Part shown: positions 1 through 9,390 of the stretch, in pieces
Layout of the letters: each line of letters begins with the position of its first letter
Position numbering within the stretch: the first letter of the stretch is position 1
Assembly (NCBI GenBank): GCA_050331115.1
Contig: JBHJHD010000010.1
Location: 27,368-91,367 of the forward strand
DNA from: Elainellaceae cyanobacterium
GTDB lineage: Bacteria; Cyanobacteriota; Cyanobacteriia; CAKZMO01
Length of the DNA: 64,000 nucleotides
Direction: 5' to 3'
Made by a program: the position numbers and the translations under genes
The notes under the pieces: model-generated
Told to the model about the DNA's origin: nothing
Database searches by the model: none
What the model saw: the letters and a program-made list of their open reading frames with translations, nothing else

Positions 1-142
1 CAGGAGGCCCGCCCCGAGCCCCAGCTTCAGCTTGTCCTCAGCCTCTAGAGCTAGGCCCAAAGACCGGTTTGCTAGCGTCGGCCAGGGGAGGCGGTATTGT
101 CCCGCTATAGTAGGTGCATTAAAAGCCCTATAGCGAATAGCA

Positions 143-742
143 GTGACCGTGGCAGAGACCCCCGCCTTTCAACAGGCAACCCAAGACCTAGCAGACCGCC
201 AGCGCAGCGACCTTACCCAAGGTCGCTGCGTTGTGGTACAAACCGAGGACGCCCATCGGGGCTATGTACTGATCGACACCGCGCCAGATATGGTGTGGGA
301 CGTGATCACGGATTACGAGAACTTCCCAGCGTTTTTGCCGACGGTTGTCGAAACCCGCGTTGTAGCCGACGAAGGTGATACTCCAGGGGAGTCGCTTCGC
401 GAGCGCAAGGTAGTGGTGGAGCAGGTAGACGAGCGGCAGGTGCTGTTTACCAGCGTCACCTCCCGCATCCAGACTGAGAACGTAGAGCTGCCGCCCGACC
501 GGGTGAGATTCAGGCTCACGGAGGGAGACTTGAACCAGTTTCGGGGGGTTTGGCGGGTGATTGCGGCCTCCACCGAGTCGGGGCGGCCAACGCTGCTGAT
601 GCAGGAGGTGACGGCGGAAGCCGGGGCAGGGCCGCTGGAGATGGCCTTTGAGCGAATTTTACGGAGCAGCTTAGAGAAGAATTTGGAGGCGATCGCTCAG
701 GAAGTGTATCGGCGATATCAATCGAAAGCCGAAGGGGCATGA
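143..742 (+). CDS. SRPBCC (polyketide cyclase/dehydrase-like, Bet v1/START fold) family protein
   Basis: 199-aa ORF with a GTG start; overall resemblance to cyanobacterial cyclase/dehydrase SRPBCC proteins; no specific catalytic motif recognised. Confidence 0.5.
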   Translation: MTVAETPAFQQATQDLADRQRSDLTQGRCVVVQTEDAHRGYVLIDTAPDMVWDVITDYENFPAFLPTVVETRVVADEGDTPGESLRERKVVVEQVDERQVLFTSVTSRIQTENVELPPDRVRFRLTEGDLNQFRGVWRVIAASTESGRPTLLMQEVTAEAGAGPLEMAFERILRSSLEKNLEAIAQEVYRRYQSKAEGA

Positions 743-816
743 AAGGGGCACACCATGCTGTGCCCGGACCCGGAATTTGTGAAGGTGCCGAAGGGGCATG
801 AACGGGCATTGTGCCA

Positions 817-2622
817 TTAATCGGAAGTGCCCAGGGCGTAGTCGCTGCTCTCAAACATCTGGCAGTGGGGACAGGACAAATCTAGGCCTTCGCCGCGAAC
901 CAGCTGAATCTTGAAGGCGTCGGAAAGGCCCACATAAATCAAGGTGATGTCGTGGCGCTGGGCCAAACTTAGCAGCTTCTTGAACGTCAGCACGGCAGAG
1001 GAATCTAGACCCATCACCCGGCTAAAATCTAAGATAAAGGTGTTGGAAGCGCTGGCGGCCGGGATTTCAAGGGCAGATCGCCGCAGCGATTGAAACAGGC
1101 TCGCCGCATTGCCAAAAAACAAAAAGCCCTGCAGAACGGCCCGATGGGCGGGCCTCCCCGCTGTTTGTGCCTGGTCTGGGTGCAGCCGGTCCTGATGCGC
1201 TTGGGCGATCGCGACCGCCGCACCGCTTAGGGCAGCGGTCGAAGGAACAAGCGCTTGGGCCTGGCTGCACTGATATAAAAACTGCAGCACCGTCAGACCA
1301 AGGCCCACCAAGATGCCGGGTAAAAAGCCCAGCGCGCCAATGGTGACCAGCGTCGACAGCACGATAAGGTAGTCGACCGGCGGAAATTTGGACCAGCCTT
1401 GAATGAGCCAGGTCCAGAGCAGATCAATCCCCAAGAACAGCAAGAGGCTGCCCAAGATTGGCTTTGGAAAATACGCCAAAAACGAGGGGCCTAAAACCAG
1501 CACGACGAGACAGGGTATCGCCTTGAAGACCCCCGTCAGGCGATTGCCTGCCCCCATTTTGTGGGCCAGCAGCGTGCTGGGCAGCGCCTGGTTTCCGGCC
1601 ATGGTGCTGCCCAGCCCTGCCGCCAGATTGGCGAGACCAACAGCCTGTAGCTCCCGGTTGAGGTCAAGTTCGCGGTCGAGGGCCAGCTCCAGGCCGCTAT
1701 TGGTCAGCACTAGAGACAAAAAGCTCACGAAAATCAGCAGACCTAGCGTACCGCTCTGGGGGGCGATCGCCCCCCAATGCACGAGCGCCAGATCCGCTCC
1801 GGTCAGGGGCTGCCACAGATTTCCCTCCGGAAAGGGGCCCAAAAGCCAGCCCTGCTCGTGGGCCGCGTCGAAGGATAGCCCACAGCTCCAGGTGACGCCA
1901 AAGAAGAGCGCCGTAGCCGCCAGCAGCAGGCCGGGCAGCACCAGGTAGTGCTGGACCCATCGGCTAACGCCAAACAGGACAAGCGCAATCAGCAGGCCCG
2001 AGAGCCAGTGAAGACAGGGGTCAGTCTGGAGAAACCAGCCGAGGCGAGGCAGGGTGAGCGCTTCCCCCGTCATCACCTTGATGGCCCCCTGCACCACAAG
2101 CCAGCCCGTACCCGCCATAAACCCACCCACCACAGGATAGGGAATCACCTGCGCCGCCTCCCCCCACTTTAGGGCCCCCAGCACCCACAAGATGACGCCC
2201 GTCAGCGCCGTACCGAGGGCGATCGCCGCCACCACCGTGACCACCACCTCCTGGGGGGCAGCGGCTTCTGATAGGGTTTCGGCCAGGGCGGCAGCGAGGA
2301 CGGCGAGGACGGCGGTGGGTGCGGCTAGCGGCGTGGCGATGATGCCCGGAAGGGAACTGGTGAGGGCCACGACAACGCTGATGACGGCAGAGCTAAACAC
2401 GGCAAGGCCGACGCCCACGTGGAGGTGCGCCGACAGGGTGCCCGAAAAAATAATCGCCGCGTAGGAGATGGCCCGAATGACGCCGATGATGCCGGTAACC
2501 GCCCCGGCGGCCAGGCTCGGGACGAGCTGGGAGGGGTGGAGCTCGTCGCTGAAGGGGAGCGATCGCAGTAGGTCAGCGGGCTGTGACGGCGTATCGGGCG
2601 GCGGTACATCGGGAGATGTCAT
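817..2622 (-). CDS. SulP-family inorganic anion (sulfate/bicarbonate) transporter with C-terminal STAS domain
   Basis: 601 aa; N-terminal SulP signature region (AGxxTGIIGxIRAISYAxIIFSG), multiple TM segments, C-terminal STAS-like fold (ITLIYVGLSD...). Confidence 0.8.
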   Translation of the reverse strand: MTSPDVPPPDTPSQPADLLRSLPFSDELHPSQLVPSLAAGAVTGIIGVIRAISYAAIIFSGTLSAHLHVGVGLAVFSSAVISVVVALTSSLPGIIATPLAAPTAVLAVLAAALAETLSEAAAPQEVVVTVVAAIALGTALTGVILWVLGALKWGEAAQVIPYPVVGGFMAGTGWLVVQGAIKVMTGEALTLPRLGWFLQTDPCLHWLSGLLIALVLFGVSRWVQHYLVLPGLLLAATALFFGVTWSCGLSFDAAHEQGWLLGPFPEGNLWQPLTGADLALVHWGAIAPQSGTLGLLIFVSFLSLVLTNSGLELALDRELDLNRELQAVGLANLAAGLGSTMAGNQALPSTLLAHKMGAGNRLTGVFKAIPCLVVLVLGPSFLAYFPKPILGSLLLFLGIDLLWTWLIQGWSKFPPVDYLIVLSTLVTIGALGFLPGILVGLGLTVLQFLYQCSQAQALVPSTAALSGAAVAIAQAHQDRLHPDQAQTAGRPAHRAVLQGFLFFGNAASLFQSLRRSALEIPAASASNTFILDFSRVMGLDSSAVLTFKKLLSLAQRHDITLIYVGLSDAFKIQLVRGEGLDLSCPHCQMFESSDYALGTSD

Positions 2623-2689
2623 AGTAGATGAGAGGAAACTAGGCTAAGGGAATGGTTCAGGACGTGGGGCAGTGTATGGGGCAGGGGCC

Positions 2690-5077
2690 CTACTGAATAA
2701 CGCGCAGCTGCTCTTCGCGGCGAATGAGGCTATCGCACAGCATGGTGACGATGTGGGCCTGCAGGGCTTGGGCGAGGTCTGGGTCGCTCTTCTTCATGGC
2801 GTCGAAGGCGGCTTGCGTTAGGCGGTGAAGGCGGCTTTCTGCATCAGTTACCACTGACGTGGAGAGCGGCACCTTGCCAAAAAACCGCATTTCGCCCAGG
2901 ACGCTGCCCCCCGATACCGTCTGCAGGCGCTTCGGATGCCCCTCCCCCGTTTCTAGCAGCACGCTCACCTGCCCCGACTCAACGAAGTAGAGGTCAGAAA
3001 CCTCTTCCCCGCGACGGAAAATATAGTAGCAGGGCGGCAGCGACTGGGGCTCTAGGTAGGGCATGAAGCGCGCCGACTGCCCTGGCGTCAGAAAGGGCGT
3101 CAGGCGCGCTTTTGTGCTAGGGACGCTGGTGCCAGATTTCTCACCGGACGCAGGAGCGGACGCCGTTTCGAGGGCATTCGGTTTCTGGGCATCCGCTTGG
3201 ACATCCGGTTTCTGGGTGTCAGGGGTCTGGGCATCCGCTTGGGCATCCGGTTTATCGCCAGCCGTCGCCAGCTGCTGCTGCTCGCACCACTCCAGCCCCC
3301 GATCAATATCCGGAAACACCTGACAATAGTCGAGCTGGCGATCGAAATCTGCCCCAGCCTGCAGCTCGGCCTCAAATTCGGCAGCAAGGTTGGTGAGCAC
3401 TAGGGTGAACTGCTGCTTGCGGGCCAGCCGTAAAATTTTGCTGAAGGTGAGGACGGCGGATGAGTCTAAGCCACTTACCTGACGGAAGTCGATCAGCACG
3501 TAGCGAAGCGGCGGGGCGTTGGCTTCAGGCGGCACGGACGCACCGGGCTGGGCGCGATCGCGCACTCGACGCAGAAGATAGTTAGCGGTGCCAAAAAACA
3601 AAAAGCCCTGTAGCTCTAAGACATAGACGTGATTGCCGCCTTGGGAGAGCAGGCGCTCTTGCCATGGGGGGCGATCGAGATTGCTGCGAATGGTAGCCCC
3701 CGAAATCGCCTGCTTCACCACATCCACCTGGCTATATCGGTACATAAAAATAAGCACAATGAGCACAAATCCCACCGCTATCCCCTGCAAAAAGCCCACC
3801 GCGTCAATCACCACCACGGTGGCCCAAACCGAGAGATAGTCCGCCAGCGGCAGCTTGAAGTAGGCGTCGTAAACCCACCGCAGCAGCAGGGACAGGCCCA
3901 GGTAGAGCAGCAGGCACCCCAGGATAGCTTTGGGCAGATAGGCCAAAAAGGTTGACCCTATCACTAAAACGGCGATGGACGGCAGGGCCGCCACCAGGCC
4001 GGTGAGGCGGTGGGGTGCCCCCATGCTGTGGGCCAGCAGGGTGCTGGGTAAAGCCTGGCTGCCCACCATGCCTCCCCCCAAGCCAGACAACAGATTGCCC
4101 AAGCCGAGGGCCCGCATCTCCTGGCTTAAGTTGAGATCTCGCTCGACCACCACTTCGATGCTGCTGTTGCTGAGCAGGAGCGACAGCAGCGTGACAAACG
4201 CTAGGGTCAAAATGCTGCCGGTCTGGTGGGCGATCGCCTCCCACCGCACCTGGGAGAGGACGTCGGGGGTGATGGGATGCCAGAGGCCACCGCTGCCCTC
4301 GGGAAACGGACCCAGCAGCAGCCCCTGGGCTCGGGCCGCCTCTAAGGTGGTGTGGGTCCCCCAGAGCCCCAGGTAAAATAGCCCCGTGCAGCCCAGCAGC
4401 GTCGCCGGCATAATCCACGACTGGTCAAAACGCCGCATCACGGTCAGTAGAATTAGGGCGAAGCCAAGACCGGGGAGCCAGAGCGCCACCGTGTCTGCCT
4501 GAACTAGCGCCGCCAGAGTGGTTAGATTGAGCGGCCGATCGGTAACCACCTGCACAAACCCTTTCACGAGCAGCCACCCCGTCCCCGCCATGAACCCGCC
4601 GATCACGGGATAGGGCACCACCCGAATTCGCTCCCCCTGCTTGAATAGGCCAAGCGCCAGCAGCAGCAGCCCCGTGAGTAGGGTCGTCAGGGCGATCGCC
4701 GTCCAAACCGTAGCCAGCAAATCTGCGCCAGGTGCGCTGCTGGGCAGCTCTTGGGCAATGTCGCTGGCCATGATGGCCAGAAGGGCCGTCGGTGCGGCGA
4801 GGGGGGTGGCAATGATGCCAGGCAAGGTGCTGTTCAGGGCCACGAGGGCGCAGATTACGGCTGTGCTGAACAGCGTTATGCCCAGCCCTGTGGGCAAATA
4901 GGTCGCCAACGCCCCCGAGAAGATGAGGCTAGCGTAGGAAATCGCGCGGATGGCGCCGATGACTCCCGTAATTAGTCCTGCGGGCAGGCTGGAAAGCAGG
5001 GCGCTGGGCTGCAGGTTGGCCTGGAGCGGCTGAAGCCAGCGCGGCGGGGAGGAAGATTGAACGGCTTGCGGGGTCAT
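2690..5077 (-). CDS. SulP-family anion transporter fused to STAS and a C-terminal cyclic-nucleotide-binding (cNMP) domain
   Basis: Paralog of the upstream SulP (AGLITGVIGAIRAISYASLIFSG); an acidic low-complexity linker (DAQADAQTPDTQKPDVQADAQKP) follows STAS; the C-terminal segment (FRRGEEVSDLYFVESGQVSVL...GEMRFFG) matches the cNMP-binding fold; the longest ORF runs to 5152, but the likely start is the internal Met at 5077. Confidence 0.8.
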   Translation of the reverse strand: MTPQAVQSSSPPRWLQPLQANLQPSALLSSLPAGLITGVIGAIRAISYASLIFSGALATYLPTGLGITLFSTAVICALVALNSTLPGIIATPLAAPTALLAIMASDIAQELPSSAPGADLLATVWTAIALTTLLTGLLLLALGLFKQGERIRVVPYPVIGGFMAGTGWLLVKGFVQVVTDRPLNLTTLAALVQADTVALWLPGLGFALILLTVMRRFDQSWIMPATLLGCTGLFYLGLWGTHTTLEAARAQGLLLGPFPEGSGGLWHPITPDVLSQVRWEAIAHQTGSILTLAFVTLLSLLLSNSSIEVVVERDLNLSQEMRALGLGNLLSGLGGGMVGSQALPSTLLAHSMGAPHRLTGLVAALPSIAVLVIGSTFLAYLPKAILGCLLLYLGLSLLLRWVYDAYFKLPLADYLSVWATVVVIDAVGFLQGIAVGFVLIVLIFMYRYSQVDVVKQAISGATIRSNLDRPPWQERLLSQGGNHVYVLELQGFLFFGTANYLLRRVRDRAQPGASVPPEANAPPLRYVLIDFRQVSGLDSSAVLTFSKILRLARKQQFTLVLTNLAAEFEAELQAGADFDRQLDYCQVFPDIDRGLEWCEQQQLATAGDKPDAQADAQTPDTQKPDVQADAQKPNALETASAPASGEKSGTSVPSTKARLTPFLTPGQSARFMPYLEPQSLPPCYYIFRRGEEVSDLYFVESGQVSVLLETGEGHPKRLQTVSGGSVLGEMRFFGKVPLSTSVVTDAESRLHRLTQAAFDAMKKSDPDLAQALQAHIVTMLCDSLIRREEQLRVIQ
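3150..3290. repeat. Short in-frame tandem DNA repeats encoding the acidic linker of the SulP-cNMP protein
   Basis: Repeated ggcatccgcttgg/catccggtttctggg units visible in the sequence; they translate to DAQADAQ-type repeats. Confidence 0.4.
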
Positions 5078-5409
5078 GGCGTGGGCATCGACAGGGGAAC
5101 GACGGTCTAGCACGGGGCTAAAGGCAAAGCCGAAAGGCCAGAGCAGGGCCACCCCTCACTAATCCATACCGATGCGCCCTGAGATGTGCCATTGACTACA
5201 CTTTTGCAACACAACCCTCCATTAGGGTTAGGAGAGTCCTGGGAACAGCCTCAAGACGCGGCGATCGCCCTTGAGCGGTAGTGACTGCCCAGAAGCTTGG
5301 TTATCTAGACGCGATCGGAGTGGTCAGACGGTAACTGAATTGTCTCACGCGAGAGCTTAATCAAATCGTCAAATGCGCCTTCTGCGGAACGGTAAGCTAG
5401 CAATATCGG

Positions 5410-5748
5410 TTGGACCCCCAGGAATTCCCTATGAATCAGCGGCGTTTTCGCAGCCTGCATAAGTTCGTTGCCCCGATCGTAATGCTTCCTCTGGTGGTGA
5501 CTATTTTTACCGGGGTCAGCTACCGCCTCTCGAAGGACTGGTTTGGCTGGACCCGCGACCAGGCCCATTGGCTGATGGTGATCCATGAAGGAGAATACCT
5601 GGGCGAGCGGCTGAAGTCGGTGTACGTGCTGCTGAATGGTTTAGGGCTATTGTGGATGCTGGTGACGGGCGGGACGATGTGGTTTCTGTCGGTTCGCAGG
5701 TCTTGGCAACGCGGTAAGCCAGTTCAGCAGGCAGAATCAGACGCTTGA
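5410..5748 (+). CDS. Small two-TM membrane protein (PepSY-TM-like, hypothetical)
   Basis: 112 aa, two hydrophobic helices, an HxG motif reminiscent of PepSY-associated TM helices; weak. Confidence 0.35.
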   Translation: MDPQEFPMNQRRFRSLHKFVAPIVMLPLVVTIFTGVSYRLSKDWFGWTRDQAHWLMVIHEGEYLGERLKSVYVLLNGLGLLWMLVTGGTMWFLSVRRSWQRGKPVQQAESDA

Positions 5749-5825
5749 ACCTACTTGTATCTAGCGGCCGCTATTGGTGATAGTTTAGATATAGCTATGG
5801 CAAAGGATCGACAATCTAAAAGGCC

Positions 5826-6284
5826 ATGTTTGCCAGAGATATTTATCACAATACGGTTAAAGTAGATCTGAAGAAGAGCGGCTGGAACATTACTCATGAT
5901 CCGCTCATTCTGGAGCTGTCTTCGGGTCGGCTAGAAATTGATTTGGGCGCTGAGAGGCTAATCGCAGCTCAAAGAGACAAGGTCGAAATCGCGGTTGAGG
6001 TGAAGAGCTTTCTCGCGCCCTCTCTCACATCGGAGTTTCACACTGCCTTAGGCCAATTTCTTAACTATCGGGTCGCTTTGAAGGTAAAGGAACCCAATCG
6101 AGACCTGTTTTTGGCAGTTCCGGCGAAAGCGTATCAAAACTTTTTTCTTGGAGAGTTGGCTCGTCTAAGCATTACTGAATATAACGTCAAGCTTCTCGTC
6201 TTTGATCCTCAGCAGGAGGTCATCATACAGTGGAAAACTAGCCCAGTATCGCCAATGGGTTCAACAACTGCTTGCCACCCATAA
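5826..6284 (+). CDS. xisH: XisH (fdxN-element excision controlling factor H family, endonuclease-like)
   Basis: MFARDIYHNTVKVDLKKSGWNITHDPL... closely resembles the N-terminal region of XisH proteins; ATG start; overlaps the downstream xisI, as is typical. Confidence 0.8.
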   Translation: MFARDIYHNTVKVDLKKSGWNITHDPLILELSSGRLEIDLGAERLIAAQRDKVEIAVEVKSFLAPSLTSEFHTALGQFLNYRVALKVKEPNRDLFLAVPAKAYQNFFLGELARLSITEYNVKLLVFDPQQEVIIQWKTSPVSPMGSTTACHP

Positions 6285-6564
6285 TCAGTTCAAGCCGTCC
6301 TATGGAGACCTAGAGCAGTTTGTAATTCTAGATACCCAGAATGACCATTATCAGCTAGGAACGGTTGGTTGGGATGGAGACCGCCGTATCTTTAGCTGCC
6401 TCATCCACATCGACATCAAGGGTGACAAGATTTGGATTCAGCACGACGGAACGGAAGCGGGAGTGGCCAATGAGCTAGTAGAGCTGGGCGTCGCCAAACA
6501 GTCAATCGTGATTGGATTTCACGATCCGAACGCTCGCAAGCATACGGAGTTTGCAACAGGTTAA
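6202..6564 (+). CDS. xisI: XisI (fdxN-element excision controlling factor I family)
   Basis: ...LAQYRQWVQQLLATHNQFKPSYGDLEQFVILDTQNDHYQLGTVGWDGDRRIFSCLIHIDIKGDKIWIQHDGTE matches the XisI family; the start codon is uncertain (TTG at 6202 in the ORF track); an AGGAGG RBS lies at about 6214. Confidence 0.75.
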   Translation: MILSRRSSYSGKLAQYRQWVQQLLATHNQFKPSYGDLEQFVILDTQNDHYQLGTVGWDGDRRIFSCLIHIDIKGDKIWIQHDGTEAGVANELVELGVAKQSIVIGFHDPNARKHTEFATG

Positions 6565-6719
6565 TGCCTTCATCTACGTGTGTATACACATGCAAATCTC
6601 TACAGTTTCTTTCACCGAATTGGATAGCGGTAGCTGAATACAAAACAGTACACACTTTTCACTTCCTGGCACACTATTAGTTTATAGTTTCGGTAGCGGC
6701 TACTTGCTGCGATTGACCT

Positions 6720-7476
6720 TTAAACATAAGCACCCCACTTTAAATAGTAAGCAAAGAACGGGTCGGACAGGTAAAGAGTGGAGTATTCCTTGTCCCAATC
6801 TAGTACTGGCTCACCTTCAATGTGTTCACGTGCAATCTCAGACATCTTCTCCAGAACTCTACCTACTTCCTGAGAAGACGGAACCTCGCTCGATAACACT
6901 TCCTTTAAGCCGGTACGAACTTCTTCATATTCTAATTTGTCTTTTGCTCCAACCTTGGAGATAGCATATAGAACAGCTCTGTAAATATCACCCTCCTCAC
7001 CGTTTTTGAAGTGTCTAACTTTTCTGTCTGTACGCTGCCGAGATCCTCTAGCTAAACGGTCAAACTCTTTCCGCCCCATTTCGTTGGCTATGATTAGTCG
7101 AAAATCCGCCTCCTATCCCGGCTATCTTTGCGCCAGCATCGAATTTATCTGAGTTTGAAATTGAGTCTAAATCAACACGAGTTTGAACAGATTCATTAAA
7201 CAGGTCTGAGGAATCAATAATCTTATTCCACAGATGAAGATCTGCGGAAATTTGCCCGCCAGAAACTCAAATAGACTTGGTCCTTGGTAAGTTTTTCCTG
7301 GCTAGGACTGTTTTTTCTGATTTCGTTGCTCCTGTCAAGGACAAAATCTTGAAGGGTGAATCAAGATAGTCTAGTAGCCGCTCCTCTAAGTTGCTTGATT
7401 TTCTGGGGTTGTAAGTGTGTATGGGTTGACCACCAGAAACAAAAACTTGGGAAATTTTAAGAGATGAATCTATCAT
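6720..7476 (-). pseudogene. Decayed P-loop NTPase-like gene: three ORF fragments separated by an in-frame stop and a +1 frameshift
   Basis: The 69-aa ORF (7267-7476) carries a degenerate Walker-A-like LTGATKSEKT; the same frame continues about 66 codons past a TGA, then shifts +1 into the 119-aa ORF (6720-7079); low-GC context. Confidence 0.3.
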
Positions 7477-7527
7477 TTGCTCACTGAACTAACCCAATTG
7501 TATCCAACTTGTGGCTATGCGTTTGCA

Positions 7528-9291
7528 TTAATCATTAGGCGTGTGCCGCGAAAAGACATATACCCGCTGGGTCTGCAGGCGATCGCCCAGCTCCGACGGC
7601 TGAATCGCCTCTTCGGGAGATAGATTCGCCTGGGGCAGCCGAAAAATCTGGCGGTCCAGCTTCACCTGCAGATTGGCCATCGGGTCGTGGCCCGGAGACA
7701 CCATAAACTCCAAGCGCTCCACCGTTGGCCAAGTTGCCACCTGGTCGAGGATGGCGGTCATGGCCTGCACGTAGGGATGCTCGGCGTCCTCGTACCAGTC
7801 CGCGGCGGCGATCGCAGGCTGATCTAGGCCCAGGTGAAAAATTAGGTCTGAGCGATCGAACAGCGCCAGCGCCACCGAGCGGGCCTCCTCCTGCAGCAGC
7901 AGATTTTGCCCATGGCACAGGTGCCGCAGCTTCTCTAGGCGCTCGTAGCGCAGTTCCACCGAGGGGCTGTCAGACCACTGCAGGGCCACCGTCACCAGGT
8001 AAGTTTGCAGCAGCAGGTGGCCTAGCTTCTCGGCCTTGGTGGCCAGGTAGGACGCATTGTAGGTATTGGCCTCGATCAGCAGCGGCACCCGGCTCACCAT
8101 CTCCAGCCCGTAGCCCTTGAGTCCGGCAATCTTGCGGGGGTTATTGGTGATGAGGCAAAAGCGACGGACGCCGATATTGTTTAGAATCTGCGCTCCCATG
8201 CCGTAGTTGCGCTGGTCGGCGGGAAAGCCCAGCCGCTCATTGGCAGCAACGGTGTCTAGCCCCTTGTCCTGCAGGGCGTAGGCCTTTAGCTTATTCACAA
8301 GCCCAATGCCGCGCCCCTCCTGCCGGAGGTAAACCACGACCCCCGCCCCGGCGCTGTCAATCATCTTCAGAGCGGCCTGAAGCTGGCCGCGACAGTCGCA
8401 GCGCAGAGACCCCAAAGCATCCCCGGTGAGGCATTCGGAATGGACCCGCACCAGCACGGAGCGATCGCCAAAGGTCTCCGGATCGCCCTTGACCAAGGCA
8501 ACGTGCTCGGAGCCATCGAGCTGGTTGCGGTAGGCGTAAACCTTAAAATCCCCGAACAGGCTAGGCAGGTTGGCGACGGTTTCCCGCTGGACGAAGCGCT
8601 CGTGCTGCAGACGATAGCTAATCAGATCGGCAATGCTGATTAGCTTCAGGCCGCGCTGGCGAGAGTATTCAACTAGCTCTGGCAAGCGCGACATAGAGCC
8701 GTCGGGGTTCTGAATTTCGCAGATTACGCCAGCGGGATATAGGCCCGCCAGCCGCGCCAGATCGACACCCGCCTCGGTGTGGCCGGCCCGCCGCAGCACG
8801 CCCCCCGCCTTAGCCCGCAGGGGGAAAATATGGCCAGGCCGCCGCAGATCGCTGGGCCGGGCCTTAGGGTTAATGGCAATTTGAATCGTGCGGGCCCGAT
8901 CGTCTGCCGAAATGCCGGTGGTCACGCCAAGATGAAGCGCCGCATCGATGCTCACCGTAAAAGCCGTTTGCTCGCTGTCGTCGGTTTTGTGGCTTACCAT
9001 CAGCGGCAGATCGAGCTCGTCTAGGCGATCGCCCGTCATCGCCAGACAGATGAGGCCCCGAGCCTCCACCGCCATGAAGTTGATCATGCTGGGGGTTGCA
9101 AACTGAGCTGCGCAGATAACGTCTCCCTCGTTCTCTCGGTTCTCGTCATCGACAACAACGATGGCGCGCCCAGACTTCAGCTCAGCGAGGGCTGCCTCAA
9201 CGGTGTCAAACTCAAAATCTAGCGTCGATCCGGACGGGTTCTGCGATTCCACAAGTGCGCTCAACGATGTAAATAGTATTACTAACCACAA
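7528..9291 (-). CDS. ribBA: Bifunctional 3,4-dihydroxy-2-butanone-4-phosphate synthase / GTP cyclohydrolase II (RibBA) with a cyanobacterial-type C-terminal extension
   Basis: DHBP synthase motifs (RENEGD, MVSHKTDDSEQTAFTVSIDA) and GTP cyclohydrolase II motifs (RVHSECLTGDALGSLRCDCRGQL); about 170-aa C-terminal extension of unknown function; the N-terminal start is probably downstream of 9291. Confidence 0.9.
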   Translation of the reverse strand: MWLVILFTSLSALVESQNPSGSTLDFEFDTVEAALAELKSGRAIVVVDDENRENEGDVICAAQFATPSMINFMAVEARGLICLAMTGDRLDELDLPLMVSHKTDDSEQTAFTVSIDAALHLGVTTGISADDRARTIQIAINPKARPSDLRRPGHIFPLRAKAGGVLRRAGHTEAGVDLARLAGLYPAGVICEIQNPDGSMSRLPELVEYSRQRGLKLISIADLISYRLQHERFVQRETVANLPSLFGDFKVYAYRNQLDGSEHVALVKGDPETFGDRSVLVRVHSECLTGDALGSLRCDCRGQLQAALKMIDSAGAGVVVYLRQEGRGIGLVNKLKAYALQDKGLDTVAANERLGFPADQRNYGMGAQILNNIGVRRFCLITNNPRKIAGLKGYGLEMVSRVPLLIEANTYNASYLATKAEKLGHLLLQTYLVTVALQWSDSPSVELRYERLEKLRHLCHGQNLLLQEEARSVALALFDRSDLIFHLGLDQPAIAAADWYEDAEHPYVQAMTAILDQVATWPTVERLEFMVSPGHDPMANLQVKLDRQIFRLPQANLSPEEAIQPSELGDRLQTQRVYVFSRHTPND

Positions 9292-9390
9292 AAGTCAGCT
9301 GTACTTAAATCTTATCGTTGATCTATTTAGATGGGCGGATGCAAGATTATCGGCCGCGATCGCCATTCGCATCGCCCCATACCGTAAACT

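Noticed and set aside
728-802. 16-bp direct repeat gccgaaggggcatgaa (728-743 and 787-802), each followed by a short GC hairpin, between the convergent SRPBCC and SulP genes
   Set aside because: Probably a small local duplication of a terminator-like hairpin; no T-tract; too short to call a feature with confidence.
313-854. Antisense/overlapping ORFs (313-573 minus, 516-854 minus) inside and after the SRPBCC gene
   Set aside because: Pro/Ser/Arg-rich translations typical of shadow frames in GC-rich DNA; they overlap better-supported genes.
1029-4975. Numerous 60-200-aa ORFs antisense to or overlapping the two SulP genes (for example 1403-1948, 3804-4418, 3975-4376, 4425-4706)
   Set aside because: Low-complexity R/P/A/G-rich products, all embedded in well-supported transporter genes; GC-driven spurious ORFs.
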